From: an uncultured Gammaproteobacteria bacterium
GTDB lineage: Bacteria > Patescibacteriota > Patescibacteriia > UBA9934 > GWF2-40-263
Direction: 5' to 3'
DNA: 64,000 nucleotides
Assembly: GCA_964538435.1 (NCBI GenBank)
Contig: CAZIDX010000002.1
Coordinates: forward strand, 117,930-181,929
Shown here: one piece after another, positions 44,823-54,612 of the stretch
Position numbering within the stretch: the stretch's first letter is position 1
How the letters are laid out: each line of letters opens with the position of its first letter
The notes under the pieces: generated by a model
What the model was told of the DNA's origin: nothing
The model's input: the letters and a program-made list of their open reading frames with translations, nothing else
Databases searched by the model: none
Translations under genes and position numbers: made by a program

Positions 44823-46310
44823 CTACTTGCGAACTTTCTTTGTAACATGAAACCCAAGGTACTTTCCTGTCATTAAACGTGTTTGCGCATCAACCGCTGG
44901 AAATGAACCGAACACAATAAACGTAATCGGAAGAAGAGCCCACTGCAGCAGCATGACTGCCCAAGTGTGCTTTTTTATTTGCTTTGGTCTTCGAGGCAAA
45001 AGCGTAAGCGACATCACGGCTGAGATAAAAATACCGATCATAGCAAGCTGCATGAGTAGCTCAAGCGTAAACGGCGCAGCTTGCACAAGCGCCTCAGCCT
45101 GACCCTTTGCCACAATCAAAGGAAACCAACCAAGAAGAAACATGATCACTGGAGCTGTTGCCCAAGTAAACATACCTTCAACATGATTAAAGAAATACTG
45201 AAACTTCTTGCGCCTCGGTATCTTTTTGTCACGCGAAAATCCATCAACCAAAAACGGAAGGTGCTCCACTCCCCAGGCCCAGCGCCTCATCTGCACATAA
45301 AGCGCCTTAAGCGAATTCCAATACCCTTCTCCTGTAACAGCATCCATTGAAACCGGTAGGTAGAGCGGCTCCACTCGGTAATCCCCGTGATAATGTAAAA
45401 ACGCTTGCATGAAAATTCGAGAGTCCTCACTCACAATATCCTTCTGCCAAAAACCAACATCCTTAAGCATGGTCCACGGCATGGAGTGAGATGAGAACGT
45501 CCAAAGCCGATCAGGACGAGCTAGCTCCCCAAAAAGCCAAAAGGTTGTTCCAAACGCACCAACACGCACAGGAGCTTTTGCTGACCAAATGTTATTTGAA
45601 AAAAGAGCAATCGGTTGATACGAAGCTCGCAGCGGATTCTCTACCGTGCAAAACTGATGGGTTAGGTAAGAAAAATACTGAGGATGCGCAATTGTATCCA
45701 CATCAAACGCTGAAACCACATATTGCTCATCTTTTATGTCTGGGTACCTCTCTTCAAGAACCTTTGCCACATGATTCCCCATCCAGTTCAAATTGGACCC
45801 CTTGCCTTGAAGCTCTCCCTCAAGACCCTTTGGATGAAGTGTCCAAATAAACTCACAAAACACGTGACCGAACTCCTTTTCAGCACGATGAGCATTTTTT
45901 AAAAAATGCTCCTTATCCCCCTCCTCACCACCGAGCGCTACAACAACTCTCTTGTTTGGAAACGGATTATCTTTGATTGATCGTATGGTTGAGCGAATCA
46001 CCTCATACTCCTCTTTATAGGTAGGCAGAAAAACAATGTGATAGATCTGGTCTGCCCCTGTCACCTCAGAAAGCTTTGCCTGCCAATCAATTGAGCGTAC
46101 TCGACGGAGACGACTCCATGATTGAACAACAAATATATTGAAGTAGACCACGCGAAAAAGCCAAAGCAGATCAAACACAATAATAAACGCAATCGCCCAG
46201 ATTGGTTTTACAAACGTGAGAGTAATCGCCAGGAAAAATGTCCCCCAAACTAGAAGTCCGGGGAACATTTCCCAAAATCGCAATTGTCCGTAATGGTACG
46301 GCTTTTCCAT
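44823..46310 (-). CDS. processive membrane GT2 (cellulose-synthase-like beta-glycan synthase)
   Basis: Multiple TM helices, QMRRWAWG (QxxRW) motif, D,D,D35 region. Start set to MEKPYHYG so as not to overlap downstream gene. Confidence 0.7.
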   Translation of the reverse strand: MEKPYHYGQLRFWEMFPGLLVWGTFFLAITLTFVKPIWAIAFIIVFDLLWLFRVVYFNIFVVQSWSRLRRVRSIDWQAKLSEVTGADQIYHIVFLPTYKEEYEVIRSTIRSIKDNPFPNKRVVVALGGEEGDKEHFLKNAHRAEKEFGHVFCEFIWTLHPKGLEGELQGKGSNLNWMGNHVAKVLEERYPDIKDEQYVVSAFDVDTIAHPQYFSYLTHQFCTVENPLRASYQPIALFSNNIWSAKAPVRVGAFGTTFWLFGELARPDRLWTFSSHSMPWTMLKDVGFWQKDIVSEDSRIFMQAFLHYHGDYRVEPLYLPVSMDAVTGEGYWNSLKALYVQMRRWAWGVEHLPFLVDGFSRDKKIPRRKKFQYFFNHVEGMFTWATAPVIMFLLGWFPLIVAKGQAEALVQAAPFTLELLMQLAMIGIFISAVMSLTLLPRRPKQIKKHTWAVMLLQWALLPITFIVFGSFPAVDAQTRLMTGKYLGFHVTKKVRK

Positions 46311-46311
46311 G

Positions 46312-46992
46312 TTATCGCTCAGATGAAATATCTTTTTTGAGTCGATCAATGAGTCTTGATGCATGCTCCTTTCCACCAAGACCAAACGCAAGCCCTCCTC
46401 CAAGAGCAAGCATGGCAACAAGCCCCGTGAACAAAACATTAATAAGCTCCGGAGCAATCTGAAGTTGCACAAGTGCTGCCATGAATGAGAAAACGAGAAT
46501 AGCCCACTTTGCAATTCCTGAAAGGAATTTTGCTGATGCAAGCTTCGCAGCTTCTACAGCTGACTTCACAACACTTTGAACAAAATTTGCAAGCAGAATT
46601 CCAGCTAGCAAGATGATCACAGCAATAATCACATTTGGAATGAAGAGTACTACTTGCTCAAGGTACTCTGTCACCTGCCGCCAACCGAGAATGTCTGTAG
46701 CAGCAATAAGAGCAATAATAATGAAGAACCACTTCACAATCCACCCAAGCAAATGACCAATGTGAAGATGCACACCTGCGCGCTCAAATTGATTCTTAAT
46801 CTCAAGCTTCTTTGCAAGCTCATCAAGTCGCAGCACAGCCACAAGTTTTACAACAACAGATCTGAGAACAAGAGCAATGATGATCCCAAGAATGAACACG
46901 ATGATAGCACCAAGAACATTTGGAATATAAGCCACGATTGTGTCCCATAATTCCACCAAGGGACCCTGTAACACTTCTTGTGTAAAATTCAT
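46312..46992 (-). CDS. polytopic membrane protein
   Basis: ORF track 226 aa, 5-6 hydrophobic helices. Confidence 0.5.
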   Translation of the reverse strand: MNFTQEVLQGPLVELWDTIVAYIPNVLGAIIVFILGIIIALVLRSVVVKLVAVLRLDELAKKLEIKNQFERAGVHLHIGHLLGWIVKWFFIIIALIAATDILGWRQVTEYLEQVVLFIPNVIIAVIILLAGILLANFVQSVVKSAVEAAKLASAKFLSGIAKWAILVFSFMAALVQLQIAPELINVLFTGLVAMLALGGGLAFGLGGKEHASRLIDRLKKDISSER

Positions 46993-47084
46993 ATAAACGA
47001 TGGGTTAATTGTTATTCAATTCCCCCTATTAATAATTTGAGAGTACCACTTTCACCAAAGCGCTTCCATATCCACTATCCCCAC

Positions 47085-47483
47085 TTAAGAAGACTTTGCT
47101 TTTGTGATCTGCGGCGGACGATCATAAAAAGGCTGAGCCCAATGCTGCTCTTTCAAATCTAAATCCGATAGCTTTTCACAAAGCTCTGCAATCGTCTTCT
47201 TATCTGGATTCTCAATAGCATACACTGAAACCTCTTGTGTAAACGCAATTGCATTTGCAATCGTTATGCTCACCCGACTTGCCGTAAACGAGCCAGGGCC
47301 CGTAACCACATACACACCATCAATGTCGTTCAAAGATGCGTTGCTCTCGCAAAGCACCTGATCAACAGATTTCAAATGTTCTTCTGGACCTACATCAATC
47401 GTAGAGCAAAAAATAAGCTCTTCGTTCTCGAAGAGCCCAATTTCTAATTCTCGAATATCTTGTGAGCGAAGAAAGAGTCGCAT
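47085..47483 (-). CDS. TsaB/YeaZ-like protein, N-terminal domain only (132 aa)
   Basis: GPGSFTASRVSITIANAIA matches TsaB GPGSFTG(L/V)RIG motif. Confidence 0.55.
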   Translation of the reverse strand: MRLFLRSQDIRELEIGLFENEELIFCSTIDVGPEEHLKSVDQVLCESNASLNDIDGVYVVTGPGSFTASRVSITIANAIAFTQEVSVYAIENPDKKTIAELCEKLSDLDLKEQHWAQPFYDRPPQITKAKSS

Positions 47484-47487
47484 AGCT

Positions 47488-48111
47488 CTAACTCATGTTA
47501 TCGATCATCACAACCTTTTCATTTCCTAAAATCGAAAGCAAAAACTTGTCAGCAACCTGCCTTCGATCAAGAAACTCTTCTCTTGGCATGAGCGTGTAGT
47601 TAATCTCGTACGGAAGCTCTGACTCAAACCTTGAAATAAGCTTGGCCAGATCCTTTGGTCCAATACTACCCACAATCAAAATGTCAGTAGGAATATCCTC
47701 TGCATCCACAAAACGTCCGGTAAATGCAAAATAGTCGATTTGTCCATTTGCACTAATTTCTTCCACAAATGTCTGTTTCAACAAAATTTGCACCTTTTGA
47801 AAGAGTGAACGAAGATCGTCATAAAGAATAAAATCCGTGTTCACTACAAAGTATTTCTTTTTATCTGAAAGAGCTTTGCTCTGACGCGGTTCGCCCTTTT
47901 TTTCTGAAATAAGCCCCATTTCCATGAGGTTTTTCAGCTCCCTCCTGACTGAATTGAGCTGCGCATCAATGCGCCTAGTAAGCTCTCGAACAAAGAAAGC
48001 CTCATTTGGGTGCTGCAAAAACAGTGCCATTAATCGCGCACGTGTCTTTGAACCAAACATCTGCTCAAGTTTGAAGGTTTTTTTCATATTTGGAAATTGG
48101 TTGCGTACCAT
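47488..48111 (-). CDS. HTH transcriptional regulator fused to nucleotidyltransferase-like domain
   Basis: N-terminal wHTH (ARLMALFLQHPNEAFFVRELTRRIDAQLNSVRRELKNLMEMGLI); C-terminal domain resembles minimal NTase. Confidence 0.5.
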   Translation of the reverse strand: MVRNQFPNMKKTFKLEQMFGSKTRARLMALFLQHPNEAFFVRELTRRIDAQLNSVRRELKNLMEMGLISEKKGEPRQSKALSDKKKYFVVNTDFILYDDLRSLFQKVQILLKQTFVEEISANGQIDYFAFTGRFVDAEDIPTDILIVGSIGPKDLAKLISRFESELPYEINYTLMPREEFLDRRQVADKFLLSILGNEKVVMIDNMS

Positions 48112-48160
48112 CTGTATCCAGGTATAATGTACACAAATAGCATTTATTCGGCAAATTTCT

Positions 48161-50371
48161 ATGGTTTTCCAGATTAAGGCGGCTGCGTACCGCCCAGAGT
48201 CACCAGCCGAGAAAATAAGGGGGGTTTCTCAGCTCATTCCTCTCAGAGAACGAGGGGGGTATGTTTTTTTACTTGCCTACACCAAGAAAGAAACATCTCA
48301 CTCCGAACTCCTCTTGCAACTCCTCTCAGATCACATACATAGACTTGCAAGTTCATTCGGAAAAGATGCAAACGCACAACACCGTTTTGAACAATTTCTT
48401 GGTGCACTCAACGAAACTCTTGCCGAACAGGTGCGCGAAGGAAGATGGCGTGTGCCGATTGAAGATTTCCACGCTGTCGTAGGAATCGCATCTGACGAAC
48501 AAATGTACATCTCGGGCTGCGGCGAGCTTACATCACTCTTCCTGCATCGCAAACCTTCACAGCGCTACCAAATCTTCAATCTCTTCAGAAGTATTCAAAC
48601 CGAGCGCTCACTCCCAACCTGGGAAAAAGCATTTGCCGTTGTGCTTGACGGGGATCTGCATGAAGGAGATGTGTTTTGTGTCGCAGACAAAGACCTTCAA
48701 CACACAATCCCACCTGAAGAGCTAAACAACATCCTCTCCACCCTACCCCCAGTAAGCTCAGTGGAAAAAATCAGACAATACTTCTCTCTAAAAGACGCCC
48801 TCCTTCTCATCGTGCTCAAAGCACATCAATCTGGATCAGGGACCACAAAATCAAAAGAGGACACACACCGATCCACGCTCTCTGTAGCACAGCTCACAGA
48901 AACAGAAGATGTAACTGAACAATATCTCGATGACCAACGACCAAACCTAACCGCTTTTGCAGGCAAGCTACTTTCAAGAATCACAAATTTCTTTTCAGGA
49001 AGAAAACCGAGTGTTGAAAGCCTAAAACCGTCAACGAAAAAGGATCATGTTCTGCGTATTGCAAGACTCGCTGGAAAACTTCTTTTCAAATACACCAAAC
49101 GATCTGTAAAAGCTTCAGCAAAACACACAAAGGCCCTGGCAACAAAGAGCGGACGTGAACAAGCTGTGTCCTGGATAAAAAACATCAAAAAGAATAGTAA
49201 AAAAGCTGTTTCTAAAGTCGGAGGCAGAGCTAGAGGCATTCCTCGATCTACCAAATTCCTCATCATAGGACTCATTATTGCAGTGATTATTTTCGGCATT
49301 GGAATCCGAGTCCTCTCACAATCACAAGCACAGTCAGCTCAAGAGCAGGCCTATCAAGATTCAATTATCCAAATTGAAGACCTCATTGAACGAGCGTCTG
49401 GTGCAGTGATCTACAAAGATGAAGATCAGGCTCGTAGCCTTTTTGGAAACGCACTCACGCTTGTCGAAGAACTCCCAATCGATACACCAGAACGAGAAGC
49501 TAAATCCACAGAACTCTTCTCAAGCATTCAATCTTCTCTGGATGAAATCCGTCACCTCATCACCATTCCAAACCCTCCCCTCCTTGCCGATCTTGGAAGC
49601 ACAACAGACGGTGTGTTTGGAACAAGTCTTGTAAAAACAAGTGAAGGTGTATTTGTATTCGGTACAAATGGAACTGTGTACAAACTTGACCAGACCAACC
49701 GTCGATTCGATCTTGCAGCACAAGGCGAAAACACACCAACCTCTCTTGTGGCAGCTGAAGACGATGGAGATATCTACTTCCTTGCTGAAACCGGAGCAGA
49801 AAACGAAGGTGCCTACAGTGTAGACACAGAGAATGGAACCATCACACCTGTTCTAAATCAAGAACACTCTTGGGTAGATATCGTCACCTACGCCAACCGA
49901 CTCTACTTCCTTCAACCATCAAGTGACACAACCGAAGGACAAATCATGCGTGCAGGACAAACAGGCTCAACCTTTGGTGCACCAAGCGAATGGATTTCTC
50001 AACGAACTGCAGACTTCTCAAACGTTGTCTCAATGGCCATTGACGGAACAATTTTTGTGCTCAGCAAGAACGGAACCATCACTCGCTTTGAAAGCGGAAG
50101 TGAAGTTGGGTGGGATGCCGGTGTTGTTGACCCGCCGCTTTCAGTAGCCACACGAATCGAAACCGATGAGCTCAGCGACTATATCTATGTACTGGAACCA
50201 GAAACAAAACGTCTCGTCGTATTTAACAAAGAAAACGGCGAGTTCATTGCACAGTACAAATCAAACGCATTTACGGATCTAAGCGACATTGCTATTGACG
50301 AAGAGAACTACACCGTTTATCTTTTAGCTGGCTCAAAACTCTACTCAATTGCCGCAAGTCACATTGAATAA
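48161..50371 (+). CDS. large hypothetical protein, central TM segment and C-terminal beta-propeller-like repeats
   Basis: ORF track 736 aa. Confidence 0.5.
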   Translation: MVFQIKAAAYRPESPAEKIRGVSQLIPLRERGGYVFLLAYTKKETSHSELLLQLLSDHIHRLASSFGKDANAQHRFEQFLGALNETLAEQVREGRWRVPIEDFHAVVGIASDEQMYISGCGELTSLFLHRKPSQRYQIFNLFRSIQTERSLPTWEKAFAVVLDGDLHEGDVFCVADKDLQHTIPPEELNNILSTLPPVSSVEKIRQYFSLKDALLLIVLKAHQSGSGTTKSKEDTHRSTLSVAQLTETEDVTEQYLDDQRPNLTAFAGKLLSRITNFFSGRKPSVESLKPSTKKDHVLRIARLAGKLLFKYTKRSVKASAKHTKALATKSGREQAVSWIKNIKKNSKKAVSKVGGRARGIPRSTKFLIIGLIIAVIIFGIGIRVLSQSQAQSAQEQAYQDSIIQIEDLIERASGAVIYKDEDQARSLFGNALTLVEELPIDTPEREAKSTELFSSIQSSLDEIRHLITIPNPPLLADLGSTTDGVFGTSLVKTSEGVFVFGTNGTVYKLDQTNRRFDLAAQGENTPTSLVAAEDDGDIYFLAETGAENEGAYSVDTENGTITPVLNQEHSWVDIVTYANRLYFLQPSSDTTEGQIMRAGQTGSTFGAPSEWISQRTADFSNVVSMAIDGTIFVLSKNGTITRFESGSEVGWDAGVVDPPLSVATRIETDELSDYIYVLEPETKRLVVFNKENGEFIAQYKSNAFTDLSDIAIDEENYTVYLLAGSKLYSIAASHIE

Positions 50372-50373
50372 CT

Positions 50374-50787
50374 ATGAAAACCCAACATATCATCATGCTC
50401 AGCCTGGCTGTTGTAATCGCCGTCATCGGAACACTCGTGTGGGCAAACCCAAGCCAAGCCCCAGACAGCGTCAATATTGAACCCGTGTATGAAGAGCAGA
50501 CCCAAGCACTTCTTGGAACTTGGCGCGGAGAAGGTCACTATGACGACAACAGTCTTTGGTACATGATCTACAATTTCAACGAAGACAGCACCTTTACACT
50601 TGAAACTGACTCAACCTACGCAGAATCTGGAACATACAAAGTGGTAAAAACATACGAAGATGGCTCCATTGATGTTTCAAAAACCTACAAAGAAGGTGAG
50701 CGCACAAACGAAATGCACATTGCCCTAACAGACGAAAACACCATCGTCATCGAAGGCGCGCAACTCTCCCGAATCATCGTTGATTAA
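50374..50787 (+). CDS. small secreted protein
   Basis: Signal peptide-like N-terminus. Confidence 0.5.
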   Translation: MKTQHIIMLSLAVVIAVIGTLVWANPSQAPDSVNIEPVYEEQTQALLGTWRGEGHYDDNSLWYMIYNFNEDSTFTLETDSTYAESGTYKVVKTYEDGSIDVSKTYKEGERTNEMHIALTDENTIVIEGAQLSRIIVD

Positions 50788-50797
50788 CACACCAAAC

Positions 50798-50832
50798 CAA
50801 AAACCACTCCGCCATTGGCGATGTGGTTTTTT
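50798..50832. terminator. bidirectional terminator between convergent genes
   Basis: AAAAA-ccact-ccgccattggcg-atgtgg-TTTTTT. Confidence 0.5.
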
Positions 50833-50845
50833 GATTGAAACAAAT

Positions 50846-51256
50846 TTACTTGAGCTCTGCTGATCCACCAGCTTCCTCAATCTGCTTCTTCATCTCCTCA
50901 GCCTGCTCCTTAGGTACTCCTTCCTTTACCATTCCAGGGGCAGCATCAACGATAGACTTTGCTTCCTTAAGCCCAAGACCAGTGATTGCTCGAACAGCCT
51001 TGATGACACCAATCTTGTTGTCACCAGCTCCAGTGAGCTCTACATCAAATTCAGTCTTCTCCTCAGCAGCTTCTCCAGCAGCAGCGCCACCACCAGCCAT
51101 CATCATTGCAGGTGCAGCGGCACTAACACCGAACTTATCTTCGAGGATCTTAACGAGCTCTGCAAGGTCGAGTACTGACATTTCCTCAATCTTACTTACG
51201 AGGTCCTGGAACTTTGCTGGAACCTCAACAGGTGTATTTGTTGCTTCTTCAGACAT
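50846..51256 (-). CDS. rplL: 50S ribosomal protein L7/L12
   Basis: Characteristic N-terminal dimerisation, Ala-rich hinge, C-terminal GLKEAK...VKEGV. Confidence 0.9.
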   Translation of the reverse strand: MSEEATNTPVEVPAKFQDLVSKIEEMSVLDLAELVKILEDKFGVSAAAPAMMMAGGGAAAGEAAEEKTEFDVELTGAGDNKIGVIKAVRAITGLGLKEAKSIVDAAPGMVKEGVPKEQAEEMKKQIEEAGGSAELK

Positions 51257-51283
51257 AACATTGTTTTTTCAAATGAATAGGGA

Positions 51284-51805
51284 TTACGCCTTAGCCTCTT
51301 TAACGGCATTAAGGACGTATACAAGATTGCGCAAGTTTCCAGAAAGCGCATTGACGAAACCTGATACCGGAGCATTGATAGATCCAACCAACTTTGCAAG
51401 AAGCTCTTCCCTGCCAGGCAAGGTTGCGAGCTGCTTAATGGCTTCTGATCCAACAAACTCTCCTTCTAGGACTCCGCCAACAATTTGAATTCCATCTCGC
51501 TCTTTACCAAACTCAGCAATGAGCTTGGCTGCTGAGACCTCGTCATCGTATCCGATCGTTGTGAGGATACTGCCCTGGAGATCTTCTTTCTTTGCTCCAA
51601 AACCTTTTTCCTCTAGCGCTCGAACGAGCAGGGTCTTCTTTGCGATCAAGACTTCTACACCGGCTTTCTTTCCTTTCTCACGAAGCGTGTCGGCATCGTC
51701 CATTGTGTATCCAGAAATACTGGTAAACACAGCAGACTTCATTGTGCCAAGCTTGTCTGTGAGCTCTGCGACAATCTGTTCTTTTTCTTGTCGTGTTTTT
51801 GGCAT
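51284..51805 (-). CDS. rplJ: 50S ribosomal protein L10
   Basis: Typical L10 sequence, followed by rplL. Confidence 0.9.
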   Translation of the reverse strand: MPKTRQEKEQIVAELTDKLGTMKSAVFTSISGYTMDDADTLREKGKKAGVEVLIAKKTLLVRALEEKGFGAKKEDLQGSILTTIGYDDEVSAAKLIAEFGKERDGIQIVGGVLEGEFVGSEAIKQLATLPGREELLAKLVGSINAPVSGFVNALSGNLRNLVYVLNAVKEAKA

Positions 51806-52039
51806 AGTTTGTGTTGTTTGAGTTGATTAACAACTCTAAGTTCGACCTTTATTAAAAAACTGCGGACTCACAGCCGCAGGATAGGTCGACAACACGAGAA
51901 GTGCTATCTCCACATACCTCGACGGGACTTATGCACTAGGCAACCCGTTTTCTACGGCGAATCTTCAGTTCGCGAATATGATAGTAAAAACGAGAAAAAA
52001 TGTCAAGATGGGCTTATTTTTCCCTATTTTTCAAGGGAC

Positions 52040-52407
52040 TTGACAGGGCATGTACGGGGGGGGTAAGCTGCCTGGGCTGTTGGGATCTGCGCAGAGCAGA
52101 GGAACAAAACCCGAGATGGGTTGTTCTGTCGAGTTTGCGTGTCCGCGTGTCAGTAAGTAGCCGACAGGTGGTGTTCGGAAGCCTCCCGTACAACCTTTTC
52201 GAAGGTGAGGTGAAAGGCGCCACGTACAACCTGAAAGCCAAAGAGACTGAATAGGCCTGCGTCCCGGAAGAATATCGCAAACAGGACGGATGGGACTTAC
52301 CGATGCTTCTCAGCAGCACCTCTCGTGGGGGCCCGGATGACGCCACGCGTCAGACGGGTCCCCACATCACCCTTTTTCCAAACCGACACCTCTGGTGTTG
52401 TTTTTTG
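52040..52407 (+). ncRNA. candidate ~350-nt GC-rich noncoding transcript (promoter-like TTGACA at 52040, weak terminator at 52384-52407, long hairpins); identity unknown
   Basis: No convincing ORF on either strand; 40-nt hairpin GUGGGGGCCCGG...CGGGUCCCCAC; repeated CGUACAACC. Confidence 0.3.
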
Positions 52408-52430
52408 TTTCAGCCTTCTTGCACTATTCC

Positions 52431-52454
52431 ACAAACCTACAAACCTACAAACCT
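52431..52454. repeat. 8-bp tandem repeat ACAAACCT x3
   Basis: Read directly. Confidence 0.7.
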
Positions 52455-52471
52455 ACAAGCACACAAACATC

Positions 52472-52505
52472 CTGACATTTCCTCACCATGGTGAAGAAAT
52501 GTCAG
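52472..52505. repeat. palindromic element CTGACATTTCCTCACCATGGTGAAGAAATGTCAG (family copy)
   Basis: Matches 12634-12667 copy at 32/34 positions. Confidence 0.6.
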
Positions 52506-53059
52506 CACTTTTTTGAAATATACACCTCAACCCAATCTGAAACTTTTGCGCTTTTTACGAATCGCTGTATATCCAAAACAATATCCCTGTCTGATTTCCA
52601 AACACTCTTCTGAACTTGCACACAACCGGCTTGCTTCAAAAAATTACGAAAAGAATCTCGTCCCTTTCTAGCGCCAGTTGGAAAATCATAAATAATCAAA
52701 CAAACCTGATCCAAACCCAACCTCGGACGATCTCTCATCGTGCGAACAACAAGCTCGCCCTTCCCTTTTTCAGTAATTTTTGCAATTAACTGCCCTTCCT
52801 TCTTCTCAATCACGAGCAGCTCTTTTTTCTTCAAATACTCCAATCTACACTTCTCTCTCCTACGACGTTTACGCTCTCCAACTACTCTTTCAACCTTCGG
52901 ATCCAACGGAAGCCGACCTCGATACCTCCAAAGATCAAACAACTCATCAATTGTCGCGACTTCCTCAGAAAGATAAACCAAAGTGTCGGTAATCAATTCT
53001 TTCCCTAACTGAATTTTTGTTTTCTTTTCTTCCTCCCTCATACAACATTTCCTCACCAT
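52502..53059 (-). CDS. hypothetical protein, N-terminal wHTH-like region and C-terminal region with Cas2/VapD-like sequence pattern
   Basis: LIIYDFPTGARKGRDSFRNFLKQAGCVQVQKSVWKSD resembles Cas2 beta1-alpha1-beta2 (LVxYDV..RRR..KxL..G.RVQ.SVF.C). Gene is bracketed by two palindromic elements; start codon lies in the CCATGG core. Confidence 0.4.
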   Translation of the reverse strand: MVRKCCMREEEKKTKIQLGKELITDTLVYLSEEVATIDELFDLWRYRGRLPLDPKVERVVGERKRRRREKCRLEYLKKKELLVIEKKEGQLIAKITEKGKGELVVRTMRDRPRLGLDQVCLIIYDFPTGARKGRDSFRNFLKQAGCVQVQKSVWKSDRDIVLDIQRFVKSAKVSDWVEVYISKKC

Positions 53060-53067
53060 GGTGAGAA
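53045..53067. repeat. partial palindromic element ACATTTCCTCACCATGGTGAGAA (family copy)
   Basis: Core CTCACCATGGTGAG exact. Confidence 0.55.
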
Positions 53068-53251
53068 TTCGTGTTACTTATTAGTGTGTCTTTTTTGGGT
53101 AACACAAAACCCTCGACGAATTGCGTGTCTATTTCGACACAAATCGTCCAGGGGAGGATCGCGAGTTAACTCACTCGCCTCTTTACTGAAACATCGAGAA
53201 ACAAAATTGTCAAGGATTCGAAAACCCTGACCAAAGCCAGGGTCGTTGACC

Positions 53252-53866
53252 TCACTTCTTGAGGACCGGATGAACATGATCAAACTCATCCACGTGAGGG
53301 AGAGACTGAATCGCAGCAAGGAGCGTCTCAAGCTGCTCGGGCTCAGAGTAGACATGAGGAACAGCAACACTCACACTGCGCGGCTGCCCTTCCCCCACAC
53401 GAATGCACCACCGCGCATCCGCATGATCCCTATGAGTCGATGGGCCGCAGATGAAGTAATCTCCTCCTGACCCATCCCAGGAAGATTTCACGGGGGTATC
53501 CTGCTTTTCTGACCAATCAGTCCAAATCCGCGAGATGTATCCCGTACCTGGTCTACGTACCTGCATCCCAAGCATCTTCTCGCTCCAGCCCCTTGCACGC
53601 AGAGCTCGGCAGATGGGATCAAGATCAAAATCCTCTTTCCCGATGTGCTCAGCTATGAGCTCTTGCGCATGCGAACCTCCTCCACGATGTGGATGATCCA
53701 AAACCATGATGCCCTGCACTTCTTGAACAGAGCTGACCTGCATGGAACTGGCATGCAGCGCATACCGAATTCCATCACATTCAGCCACAAGAAGCACAAT
53801 GCGATCGCCTTGAGGAGCTTGGGCAAGAATCACATTCACTGAAGGAACACTCTCTTGAGATGACAT
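53252..53866 (-). CDS. hypothetical protein (GC-rich)
   Basis: ORF track 204 aa; WDGSGGDYFICGPS motif. Confidence 0.5.
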   Translation of the reverse strand: MSSQESVPSVNVILAQAPQGDRIVLLVAECDGIRYALHASSMQVSSVQEVQGIMVLDHPHRGGGSHAQELIAEHIGKEDFDLDPICRALRARGWSEKMLGMQVRRPGTGYISRIWTDWSEKQDTPVKSSWDGSGGDYFICGPSTHRDHADARWCIRVGEGQPRSVSVAVPHVYSEPEQLETLLAAIQSLPHVDEFDHVHPVLKK

Positions 53867-54001
53867 GATTTACCTCCAAAGAATCATTTCAAGCTTATCG
53901 ACACAAACCCAACTCGTCAATATACAACCTCGAGTGAAAACCTGAGAATCTTCAGTGGAGATTAGAAAAGCGGATCCGAAGACCCGCTTTGAAACGTGTG
54001 C

Positions 54002-54481
54002 CTAGACGGTCGCCGAGGCGATGTCAGACTCGTCGTAGGGATCGAACAGTCTCTCCAGGAGCGACGAGACTTGAGAATGACCCTCATCCTCAGAAAGCTC
54101 GTCGACCTCGATGGCCGGCCCCAACGCGGCGCCGAGCACGGCACCAGGATCGAAGAACTGCGCATCGGGAACGTAGGCGAGAATCGTCTGCCTGAGCAGC
54201 TCGAGGCTCTTGCCTTTGAACTCGTTGTCGTTGAACTCGATTCGGTAGCGACGCCATGTCATGGCAATCGACTCACTCACCTCGAACTCACCCTCATCAT
54301 CCTCATCGTCATCCGGATCGACCAACGTAATGTCAGTCACCTCCATGAGACGCTTGCTGTCCCCGATCACCCACAGCCCCTCGTCGAACTTGTAGGCATG
54401 AGTGCTGGATGTGAAGATCATGGCGAGTTGAACCGCGAAATCCTCGTTGTCGAACCCCTGTACGCGAACGTGCAGCTGCAT
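54002..54481 (-). CDS. highly acidic hypothetical protein (159 aa)
   Basis: Runs of D/E (DPDDDEDDEGEFEVSE, DELSEDEGH); GC-rich. Confidence 0.5.
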   Translation of the reverse strand: MQLHVRVQGFDNEDFAVQLAMIFTSSTHAYKFDEGLWVIGDSKRLMEVTDITLVDPDDDEDDEGEFEVSESIAMTWRRYRIEFNDNEFKGKSLELLRQTILAYVPDAQFFDPGAVLGAALGPAIEVDELSEDEGHSQVSSLLERLFDPYDESDIASATV

Positions 54482-54612
54482 GAGCTTTTCCCCTCTCTAT
54501 GGCTGCGGTTACGGCATCTCTCTCTTCGCAATAATAAGTCTAGCACACCCCGCAAACAGTGCCAATATAGGAAAACTTCAACCAAAAAAGCAGGCTGGAG
54601 CCTGCCTTTTCT

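Noticed and set aside
52000-52346. ORFs 52000..52254 (+) and 52014..52346 (-)
   Set aside because: Neither translation looks protein-like; the region behaves as structured noncoding sequence
52040-52407. RNase P RNA or tmRNA
   Set aside because: Lacks P4 and other universally conserved RNase P blocks, and lacks the tmRNA T-arm/CCA end and tag ORF
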